A stretch of DNA of 64,000 bases from Thalia democratica (Eukaryota): assembly GCA_965202585.1 (NCBI GenBank), contig OZ241829.1, positions 74,028,001 through 74,092,000 on the forward strand, written 5' to 3'. Below, in pieces: positions 43,242 to 54,932 of the stretch. Both the position numbers and the translations under genes were made by a program. Every line of letters begins with the position of its first letter. Position 1 is the stretch's first letter. Under the pieces are notes generated by a model. It was not told the origin of the DNA and made no database searches. It saw only the letters and a list, made by a program, of their open reading frames with translations.

Positions 43242-45559
43242 TTTATAGCAAAGCATTTTAAAGTTTATTATTTATCTAGTAATACGAAATTCCTAAAGGT
43301 CGATCAGTGTACAAAGTCGTTTTTACACTTATAAAGCCAAAATTATCGTCTACTTCTTCAGAAAATTTCTTACAAACCTTCTAGAAAAATTACTAGATAA
43401 AAAAGATTGATTGTTATAGTAATCAATCACTCACTTGAGTCATACATAGCAAATCAAAAGCTTTTGATTTTTTTATTAGTACATAAACTTTCAAAATTAA
43501 AAAATAACACAAATATTATTTTGAAGCAATTTGTAGCTACAGGTATGTAGCTTTAATTAATAACTAATTTTTTATTATTAAAATAAATATTTACTTACAA
43601 CCACTTTAAGTTGGTTATTTTAAACAATTTAAACTGTCAAGTAGTAAATGTACTCTTTAGTAATTTAAAGATAGTATATATGCAATACGAACCACATTAA
43701 GTACACAGTGGAGTCGCAACTGGAATATGCAAATAACTTTTATTGGAGTTTATCTTCGAAACTTTGTAAGTTGAAAGCCAAAATTCCAGTGCATTTAGTG
43801 TTCAAACTAAGATTAAAAGTTTCGTCTAAAACAAAAGTTATGCTAATTGGCGCAAGGTAGTTTTAAGTTTTACTGATTAGTTTGAATTTCAATTTCTATA
43901 AAATCAAAAATTAACATTTAAGTAATAAAAAACCTTTTATAAACTACTATCACATGATAATGTTGTATTGCTTTCTCCATAGTTTGAAAATTTATTTAAA
44001 AGATTTGTTTAAAATACTCATTAAGTATTTTTAACAAATAATATTTAATTTTTTGTAACATAAAAAATAAAAGTACATAAAATATGCATCTTTTGCATGT
44101 TTTTGTAATTACATACTAGTAAAATTTTTAATAACAAAGTTTTTTTAGAACGCAGCAAAAATGTATTTTTAATTTTTTTAAATCCTCGGATTTATTACAT
44201 GAACCAAAATCTAACAGAATATTTTCCATGTATGAAGTTTGGAAAATACTGAAAATAATTAGTGAAATTATTTTTCAAAACAACCTTAAGAACCTTTCTT
44301 TAAAATTTTAATTAAATTATTTAATAGAAAGAGTTTTATTTCATTAAAACTCTATGTTTAATATCTACTAAACATCACAAGCTATTACAAAATAAAATTA
44401 ACTACAATACTGACCTTTAGCTTTTCTGTGCATTAAATCACTTGCTTATGTGATTATCATTAGCCCACAAACAAAGAATTAAAAATGTTTATATTATTAC
44501 CCCAAATCTTTGTATCTTTTTTTTTGTTTTTATAAAATAGTTAGACAATTTTTAAAATCAATTCTGCTATTATGCTATTTTTACGTAACACCTTATTTTA
44601 TATAGTTTTCTTAAACTACTAGTAAAATTACTTTTATTGAATAAAATGCCTTGTTGAAAGATGCGTTTATTACTGAAATAAATTTTCAAGGCAAAAGTTT
44701 GTACTTTGAATATTAAGTAAATGTTTAAATAAAGATGCTCTCTCCAACGAATTGTAGGTGCCGATTTATATTAATAAAATTCTAAGGTTTTTTCAAACAA
44801 TCATTACGCTATTCTGCTATTCTAAATAGCTTCTCAGTCAGTTTATTAAATATATAGTAAAATAATACTTTTTCAAAGTATACATGAAATCAAACTAAAA
44901 CTTTAAGCAGTGTTACAAATTACACTATGTACATAATATACTTGATGGTAAAAGTAGCTTTGCTTAATTTAAAACGTGTAAATAGATTTTTTTTAAAGTA
45001 TAAGTACATCAGTAGTAATAGAAGTTTTTCTTTGTATGCTAAAGCTTACTGAACCGCTTTAAAGCAAAGCTTTTTAAAATTTCTTAAATGTCGATAATGT
45101 GTACAAATTTTTCTTAAGCTTACATAGCCAAAAATATAGTAAATTTTTTCAGTAGTTTTCTTACAAAACCTCTCAGAAAAAATGCCAGATGAGAAAGGTT
45201 GATTTTCATACATAATTAATGACTTGCTTAAGTCATACTTAACTATTCACAATCACTTGGGTTAATTATTAGTTAATAAACTTTTAATATTTTAAATCAA
45301 AAATAATATGACCTCTAAAGATATTTGTAGCTACAAGTATGTAGTTTTCACTATTATTTAATTTTTTAAAATGATGTAAAGCAATATTTACTTAAAAAGA
45401 CTTCAAGTTGGTTATTTTAAATAATTTAACGTGTCAAGTTGCAAATTTACTAGTTAGTAACTAAAAATAGTGTATAAGAAAACGTAAACAAATTTTTTCG
45501 AGAAATAATAATAACGCAATGTATCTCTAATATTGTTGTAATAAAAACTTTTTGAGTAA

Positions 45560-48500
45560 AACAAAATACTGACCTCAAGCTTTTTATTATGTGCGTTAAG
45601 TCACTTACTCATGAAATGACCAGTAGCTCATAAACTATTGTTTTTGTAATTAATATATATATTTCTAAAGGTTAGATTCACAAGTTGAAAGTTGTTTGGC
45701 GATTTTGTGGCTACTTACATGTAGCTATTAATTTATTTATTTACTTAAAACAGAAGTAAAGCAGACCTTAGTTAGAACAGCCTGATTATTTTTTTTAATT
45801 AGTTTTTATTTGTGTATCTTTTTGGTTCATCCAAGGCGTTTTTTTCGTTCACCAGGTCCTTAGACCGAAATTTCTAAACTTTTATTTTGTCGTTCAATAA
45901 ACAATGTTAGAACTATAAACAAGTACAAATTCTGTTTTATCGAATTAAAGTAAGAATTTAAAACAAAAGTTATTAATTTGTATACTTTTCAAAGCTCATT
46001 TTATGGGTTTATTTACTTTTTTACAAGATTTTCAATTAGCCCATAAACTCTAGTTTTAGTAGCTGGTTTATATATTTCCAAGAGTTCGGTTAAAACTTCT
46101 TGTCCGATACACGATTTTATGGCTATTAAAATATAGCTGAACGAATAGTTGTTATTTCTTATTAGACAGCAGTAAAGCAGCGCTAATTAGCTTTAAACTT
46201 ATTGTTTTTATTGGTTATAAATTAAGTTGCAAATTTATTTGTCACCTATCTCAATTTGGTATTGAAGACGGCAAATACAAAATAGTACAATAACTAATAA
46301 AACACAATGTATTTCAAATATTTGGATTTACTTCGAAACTTTAAGTGCTGTTAATGTCGTTGAAAATGAAATGATTAAAGGAAATTACTTAGTATAGTTC
46401 AGAGCTAAAAGTGAGTTAAAAGTATAAAGCCAAAAAGTAGTAGTTTATTTATAATACTTATGTTTGATTTTGTTTACACAATTTATATTGCAAAAATTAT
46501 AGAACTTTTAATACTGTTAGTAGAAATTATTAGCATGAGTTTTTTTAGATTTTACAACAGATTCTTGTTAAAACGATCATAGTTCTATATAACATGTAAT
46601 TATTAATTACTTAATTAACTTTTATTAGATTTTATTGCCTTAACACTTATTTTCATGGTAGACTGCAGAAAACGTAATTTAAAAATTAAAAGAACTACTT
46701 TGACAAAACATACCATGGTAATATTTGTAAGTATAAAACCTGTTATCGAGTAAAAAAATTAACCTTTAGATTTTCATAATATTCATTAAGTGACTTACTT
46801 TTGTGATAATCAAACTCTTGCTTTTGTAATTAGTTTAAAAACTTTTAAGAGTTTAAAATGATTTAGAAATATTGTGGCTACATACATGTAGCTTACAATT
46901 TTTTTTATTTACTTTCTACATAAGTAAAGCAACGCTAAATTAGAATTATTAATTTTTATTAATTATAATTTTTTTATTATTTTAGTATGTCCGAGAGGTT
47001 CTTTCGTGCGCCAGGTCATTAGACCAAGGACTTTCTAAGCGCTTTTTATTCGTCAATCAATAAAATATGTTGGTATTACAAACAAATACGTACTTTATTA
47101 AATTAAGTATTAGTAAGTTTAAAATCAAAAACTACTAGTTTGAATATTTTTCAATGTTTTTATGGATTTAATTACTTACTTACAAGATTTAAAGAAGCCC
47201 GTAAACTCTTATTTTCATAACTAATAAAAAATTTTGAAAATATAATTATTTCTCATTTAGCGATTTTGTACCTACTTACACGTAGCATTTAATTTTTATC
47301 ATTTACTTACTACAGAAGTAAATCAACGGTAAATTAGAATTAGTGATTTTTAATTAATATTTTTTTAACCATTTTGGTATTTCCGAGAGGTTTTTTCGAG
47401 CATCAGGTCCTTAGACCAAAACTTCTGAGCACTTTTGTTTTTAGTTCAATAAACACATACTATATTAAGTCAACTAAATAGTAAGGGTTAAAATCAAAAT
47501 TTGTTCAATAAACTAAGTTTGTATAATAGATAATCACATACTTTATCTAATCAAATTATAGAAGGAGTTAAAAACCTAAAATTATTAGTTTGAATATTTT
47601 TCCAAGCTCGTTATATAAATTTATTTATTTTCTTTACTTACTTACTAATGAGATTTCCAATAACCCATAAACTCTTGTTTTCGTAGATAGTTCAAATATT
47701 TCTGAGGATTCAAAACATGGTATCCTGTGATTTTTCAATTTTGTGGCTACTCACATGTAGCTCTACTAATTATCTATTTTTTTCTTACAACAGTAGTAAA
47801 GCAGCACTAAATCAGAACAGCGTGATTATTTACTTTATAATAGTTTAGTTTTTTATTGTCTTGATACATCTGATAGGTTCCTTCGTACATTAGGTCCTTC
47901 AACCAAACTTCCTGAGCATTTTTCTTTTGTCGTTTAATAAACAACAATAGTATTATAAATAAATATATACTTTGTTGAATCGAACCGTAGTAAGAGTTTT
48001 AAAAAATAAAAAAAATAGTTTGAATATTTTTCAAAGCTTATTTTATGGGTTACTTACGAGATTTCTAATAGCTCATAAACTTTTGCTTATGTAACTAGCT
48101 TTATTATTTCTTAGAGTTTAAAAATGTATCTTCTTTAGTTTCGCAATTTTGTGGCTACTTACATGTAGCTTTTAAATTATTTTATTTTCTTAATGGAGCA
48201 GTAAATCAACACTAAATTACAAAAACGTGATCATTTATTTGTAAATAAATTTGCAAAATTTACTCATTAAAAAGTTTAAAATTAAAAAGAAAGGGCTAAA
48301 AAATTAGGTTATAGAAGTAATAAAAAAAATACATCTTTATACTGATGTTTCGATAGGTTTTCAAATTGTCAACTTGCTTGAAAGGTTTTTGATAAACTAT
48401 TTTTGGAAAACAGTAGTGCAATTTCAAAAATTTAACAAACAAACGAACTTTTTTCCAGTACACTGCATGATTAGACATTTATCAGAACGAATTGCGTAAA

Positions 48501-49230
48501 AAATTAAACAACTTAGTTCAATTTATATTAATCAGAATCTCAAAATGAATCTAAAGCACTTTAAAAATCAGGGGTCAGTAGCAATTGATATGTCAAGGGT
48601 CGACTTTTTAAGATACGTTATAAATTAACAACATTATATGCATTAAATTACTTACTTTTGTGATAATCATTTGCCCACAAACTTTTGTTTCTGTAAATAG
48701 TTTAAATATTTCTATGAGTCTAAAAACATACTTTCTTTTATCTGGCAATTTTGAAGCTACTTACATGTAGCTTTTAATGTTTGTTATCTACTAGAAGTAA
48801 AAAAAGCACTAAATTAGAACAGCGTTATAACTATTTTTTTAGATGTAAATTTTATATCATTTAGATATGTCCGAGATGTTCTTTCGTGCACCAAATTCTT
48901 GACCTTGAAAAGTTTTTGAGCTTTTCTTTTGTCGTTCAATAAACAATGCTAGTGTTATAAATAAACACATATTTTATTAAATCAAGTCATAGTAAGAATT
49001 GAAAATCTAAAAATATTAGTTAGAATAGTTTTTTAAAACTCATTTTATGGCTTTACTTACTTACTAAATTTCTAAAAGCTCAAAAACTCTTGCTTTTGTA
49101 GCTAGTATAAATATTTGTAAGAATCTGATAACAAGCTCTTCTCTCGTTTCACGATTTTGTGGCTACTAATATGTAGCTTTATTAATATTTTTTTTTCTTC
49201 TTCTTAGTAGACAGCATTAAAGCAGTGCTT
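45560..49230 (+). repeat. Densest monomer region (~8 hairpin motifs, interrupted by other array blocks)
   Basis: Motifs at ~45703, 46118, 46872, 47265, 47740, 48148, 48750, 49155. Confidence 0.88.
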
Positions 49231-50435
49231 AATTCCTTAAAACTATTGTTTTTAATTGGTTACAATTAAAGTTGCAAGTTAATTTGTCACCTATCTCAAC
49301 TTGCTATTGGAGACGGCAATTAATAATTGATTCAAAAAATAATAAAAAACATAATGTATTTTTAGTAGAGCAGTTGGGATCTACTTTAAAACTTTAAATC
49401 TAAAAATATCAGTTAAATATGAAGAGAATAAAGAAAAAACGCTTTTTAATTTTCGGACCGAAAAGTAATTCTAAGTTTTTTAAAAGTTTTGTTTGATAGC
49501 TTAAACAAAGTTTAAATAGCTTAAAGTTAAATCTCTGGTTTAATTTTGCAAACTAATGTCTACAAATCCATAGATTTAATTACAAATTTTTAATACTATG
49601 TTAAAGTAGGCTTTAAAAACTTCCTGTTTTTTGAACAGACTTGTATATATAAATATGAAAAGTAAACTTTAGCTTTGGTATCTCAATTAAATTTTCTATT
49701 TTATTAATAACAAAATTAAAACCTAAAAAAAGTGATTTATTAACAACCTTTTTTTAAAACCAAGTTTAAATTCTTTCAAACGATTGAAGCATTGTTTTGA
49801 CGATGAAACTTGAAAATTTCAGTTAACATTATATCTATAAACTATGTGTTAATCATTATCTTTATTGAAATATAACATATAAAAAATTTCAAAGAGTTTG
49901 TATAAGCTATCTAAAACAATTTTGTGTGCTCATTTTTTTTGAAATAATAAATAAATCACAAGTATTTCTTTTGGCATTTAAGCAGTATATTCGAAATAAA
50001 CAACTATGTGTCCATTCTATTAGTAATTATTTTCAGCTCAAACTTATACTTTTTACAACGATGTTTTCTAAACAGAATAATTATGTAATAATACTTTAGT
50101 ACTGTTACATAGTTTAGATAACTCAATGCGTTAAAATTAGTTAAGTGGTAGCTCCATGACCTTAAGGTCTTTTTATACGCCAAATCAATTTTTTATAATT
50201 TTAAGAGTCGATTTTTTAACAGTGATCAATAAATTTACTTACGAAGAACGTAATAAAAATTAAATTACTGTGAACCAGCCAACAACCATAATATTATTGT
50301 TGTTCATTTTAAATATGCCAAAACAACAAATTACAATTTTCCCCTGTTTTTATCATTTAACATTTTTTCAACCTATGCAAATTGATAAATATAATATTTT
50401 TACGTTCACTTGAAATTAATAGCAATACTATGTAA

Positions 50436-52676
50436 CAGTGGCGTCGCGTGGTATTTTTTTAAGGTGGTGCAGAATTGAAAAAAAATCCCCTAACTTAAAA
50501 CTCTTTTTTATCTAAAATAAAAACTTTTTTCTATAACAATTACATTAAATTGTTAATGTAACTGGGGAAATTTTGTTTAAAAAAATATATATATTCAAAA
50601 AAAAATTATTTATGAAAATAACTTTAAAAAAAAATTAAATACTTTGAAAATTAAAGTAAATATAGGAATAAAAAAAAATAAGTAGTTTAAAAGACTCAAA
50701 AAATGTTAGCTTACTTATGAGTATTAATCTTTAAGAAGGCTTTAAAGTTTAAACTAACAGTAGAAAAAATTTAGACAAAACAAATTTTTATTATATTGAA
50801 AAATACAGCAACGTTAGTAGTTCTTTTTTTTTGCCTCAATCTTATTCAAAAAATATTTGATTAAACATCATACTAAGAATGGTTATTTTACTAATATTTA
50901 ACTTGACAAAAAAAAAATCTTATTAGACTTGGCAGGAAAATTAAAAAGTCTACAAAAAAAATGTTATGTACAAACTGCAAGTTTATTTTAAGTAAAACTT
51001 ATCTTACTCAGTGAAAAATAATTGCTTATTTACTGCTGAACATTCAAAAAAATAAACGAGGATCAACTTATAACTAATTACAATTTTTGATGTTTGAAAA
51101 AAAAACAGCTTGACTACTAAGTTAAAAACACAAAAGTAAAATAAGCAATCTCATAAATATCAAGTTTTACGAAGTCTCTAAATTACAATTTAGATTAATT
51201 AGACTAATATTATAATAAAAAAATACAGCAACAAGTTTATTAAAGAGTAACTATTAGCTCTCTGAAAAAGTTAAAAAAAGAACAACATGTAAAGTAGTGC
51301 CTATACACCCCCCTCCCCTCCCTTCACCCCTCACTATTTTGCACAATTTTTTTTACAAACATTAAGACTTTTGTTAACTTTTTTTCTAAATTAATGTTTT
51401 TTTGTTGGAGGTTTAAAATTCAATAGGTTTTTAAGGGTATCTTTTCTTTATTTAATTTTAATTTGTTTTTCATTTTGATGATAGTATTTTTCTCAGAAGC
51501 TAACCATTTTTAAGTTTAGTTGGTGAGGCTGTTGAACTTTTCAAGAAATTTAAAGATAATTATAAATATGTAACCAATAAGCAGTAAAAAAATGGTTAGT
51601 TAGTTTTCATGTGGCCATAGGGGTAAAACACTTATTTTTTAATTTTAAATAAGCTTGTTATTTTCAGAGTAAAAAACTAAAACTGCTTTAGTCAGCCTAG
51701 CCTGACTATTTTTCTAATTTGGTCTGTTTTAATTTATCTTGGGTCATCTTGAGTTTTTATAACATTTCTAAGTTGTCCTGATTATGAGGCATGGCAACCA
51801 TGTTTCAACAATTTTATCTAAAATTTTTGCTTTGTTTGTGAATAAATTAAACCAAAAGTCATATAAAGTAGACTAAATTTTCCTAAAATGTTAAACTACT
51901 CTAAGTAGTCAACGTTTCTTGGGGGTCGGAACAATATTTTAAGTTTAGGCTATTTACTTTATTTAAATATGTGACTGTTTCAATAATAATAAGTTTTATT
52001 TAATATAAATCTAAATTATTTTTCTGTAAGAGTAAACTAGAAGTTTATAATAAACTTCTTAACATTTTTTTTTCAGAACTCAAATTTTACATTTAAATAT
52101 AATTTAATTAAATATTTTTTTAACCTTATGATAACTATAATCAGTTATAGTTAAGTTTATCTAAGCAGATTAAAATAAAAAATCAAATTTTTAAGACTTT
52201 GGTGATTTAGGTTTTTTATCTATTTTTTTCAAAATACGTAATTTATGACAGTTTATGTTCTTTTATTGTTACGTTTTAATAGAAGTGATCTCTTAAATTT
52301 CAAAAATCATGAGGGTACATAAACTCAAGTTTGATCATTTACAGTAGCTTAGCTTTGTTTTTATTTTTGTTTACAATAGCTTGTAGACGATACTTAAGCA
52401 TGTTTTGTTTTAGGGAATTTTCAACTTAGCTTACTTACCGCAAGATATTGATTTTGCGGTAATTCTTGAAGAAATTTTGCTTTATTGAGTTCGTTTGCGG
52501 CAGTCAGCTAAGAGTTTGCGGCAGTGAAGTGGGCAAAATGGTCGTTTTCAAAATTGGAGCTTTAAAAGAGATTTCGTTCTAAAAAATAACGAAAACGTTA
52601 TAGATACTTTTTTTTTTCTTAAAAAGCTTCAAGGTGGTGCAGTTGCGGCAGTGCAACACCCAACGCGACGCCCCTG
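50436..52676. mobile_element. hAT-like non-autonomous DNA element (~2.24 kb)
   Basis: 14-bp inverted ends CAGTGGCGTCGCGT / ACGCGACGCCCCTG (13/14 match); subterminal AAGGTGGTGCAG near both ends; no ORF; no target-site duplication recognisable. Confidence 0.68.
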
Positions 52677-53030
52677 CAGTATACTACCGCTTAAGTACGC
52701 ACTTTTTTTGGTACGCATCACGCCTTAAGTACGCACTTATCCAGAAAGACAAAGTAAAGGATGTTATACTAGAACTTCAAGAAATTCCAATTTTATTTGC
52801 CTAAATCATTTTAAAATCTATTAAAAAAATTTGCAAATTAGAATTATGTTTTAAATGTTATTTAAAATAAATGACTTGGTTATTTGGCATAATTATTTGG
52901 TGGCTAGTTGTAATAAAAACAAACAACTAAATTTCATATTATACTATATCGTCAAAAAGTACGCACTACCCGTGCTAAGTACGCACTTTTTGGTCGGGTT
53001 CAATTTGCGTACTTAAGCGGTAGTGTACTG
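52677..53030. mobile_element. MITE (354 bp), possibly Tc1/mariner-type
   Basis: ~25-bp inverted ends CAGTATACTACCGCTTAAGTACGCA / TGCGTACTTAAGCGGTAGTGTACTG; several internal AAGTACGCAC direct repeats. Confidence 0.82.
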
Positions 53031-53649
53031 TTCTTCTAATATTAAGTAAATGTTGAATTAGAGATGCTGTCTCTTAAAGTACGTAGGTGCTGCTATATAT
53101 TAATAAAATAATATGGGTTTTTAAACAATTGTTTCACTATTCTTTCAAACAGAATATATTCTCATATATGAAATATATGAAAAATAATGTCTTATTAAAT
53201 ATATAGTAAAGTAGTACATTATTTAAAGTTCATATGAGATTAAACTAAAACTTTAAGCATTGTTATAACTTACATGTGTACAATATAAACGATGGTTACT
53301 ATAGCTTTGCTTAATATAAAGCATACAAATTAGTTTATTTTATAGCTATATAAGTACATCAGTAGTTGTAGCTGCACTTTATAGAAAAAAGTGTTCCGCT
53401 ATCTACAGTTATGCAAAATAGCTGTAATAAACAATAAAATATGTTGGATTTAACAAACAAGAATAAAGCATTAGAATTATAGATTTTTTTAATAAAAAAC
53501 TAATTTTAAGTTTTTATAAAACAAAATGTTTTTTATGTAACTATGATATTTTTTTTTTGTAAATGTCAAACAAAAGGATCGAGTTACTAAGTTGTTGTTT
53601 ACATTACCGAAGGCGAAAACAATTTAATTAAAAAATGTGTTTTAAAAAA

Positions 53650-54579
53650 TAAATTTTGTTGTATGTTGTTTGAATATAAACAAAATATAGCGAAAGGTGT
53701 TTACATGATTTAATGTACAAATTAATTGCTAATAACAAAATTTTTTTATTTAGACGGTTTACTGAGCAATGCTTTCAAAATTTAACTAATATCCTTGTCA
53801 AAAAAAAAAATACTCACAAAAATTAATTAATCAAACAAAATACGTGTAAACTAAAAAAGCAATCAATATAAAACTAATCAACTTCATCATAAAAACTTAA
53901 ATAGATAATTAAAACAAAAAATAGACTATTTGAAAATGTTAAGTGTAATTCTAGATCCTTTATCAGGACCTAGTTGGTGACTAAGTTTAGGTTTAATTAT
54001 TTTAATCATAATAGCCTCTACTGCAATAAATACTTTTATTTTTACAAAATTTAATTACTTCAAAACATTATTATATGTAATATATTATATTACTATTACA
54101 AAATATCATTATGATTCTGACAGATTCTACATTGTCCTGTATGTGAAAAACTGCACTATTTGTAGGTTTTGTATGTTCTCTAATTTTGACGAAAAGTTTT
54201 TGCTCCGTTTCTACAATATGTTTTGTATCCAGGTCACCTGGACATGGAAACTTATAAATGATGCAATTTCTGTAGATTTATTAATATTTTCTTTCATTGA
54301 AAAACAGTTTCCAACTTTAGATGCTCTGAAAGCTACTTTGATATTAATTCCAGTTGTTTCCATTTTTTTTGTTATATTTCTGCTGAGTTTTTCTTAAACA
54401 TTTTTTATAAGGAACTGTTAAATACTGTTTTTTAGGATTTTGTGGCTTATCTTCTAATTTTTGAAGTTTTTTTACGTTATTGTTTATGAAATTAATTGGA
54501 TAACCGTTTCTCAAAAGAAGATTCTTTATTCTATTTGTTTCAAGGTTCCGTAGTTCTTCTGTATGTAGTTTCCGTAGTG
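53650..54579 (-). mobile_element. 5'-truncated, decayed Penelope-like element of a second family
   Basis: Minus-strand translation with frameshifts: RIKNLLLRNGYPINFI ... YLTVPY ... YKFPCPGDLDTKHIVETEQKLFVKIREH ... VEAIMIKIIKPKL ... stop at 53926-53928; parallels the thumb and GIY-YIG region of the neighbouring ORF; left boundary approximate. Confidence 0.8.
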
Positions 54580-54914
54580 CATTTTTGATTTAATTAAAAT
54601 AGAAGCTTTTTATATTCACTTGGACAAGCCAGAATTATGCAAACAAAGAGAGTTTGATTACTCTTTATCCTTGTTTAAATTAGACTAATTTTGTTTTGTT
54701 TTAAATGTTACAGTTAATTATGTTTTCCTTGTTGTTTTTAATTTTTTGTTATAGTTTAGGGTTTTTTTTTACTAATTGATTGATAATTTCTCATATAATT
54801 AAAAAGGCTATATAAGTTTAAAATTTGTTTTACCTTGTTACAATTGTAATCACACTGAAGAAAATTGTTGAAATATATTTGTGTTGTGAAAATAAACTTG
54901 TTTTATGTATAAAA
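54580..54914 (+). repeat. 5' pseudo-LTR
   Basis: Matches 57266-57601 with only one substitution (GCTTTTTAT vs GCTATTTAT) and a 1-nt poly-T length difference that I could see. Confidence 0.93.
54851..54883 (+). ncRNA. Candidate minimal type I hammerhead ribozyme (5' pLTR)
   Basis: CACA-CTGAAGA-AA(ATTG)TT-GAA-ATATAT-T-TGTG: stem I CACA/TGTG, CUGANGA box, 2-bp stem II, GAAA, palindromic stem III, AUU cleavage triplet. Confidence 0.6.
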
Positions 54915-54932
54915 ATTAAAATTAGCAGACAT

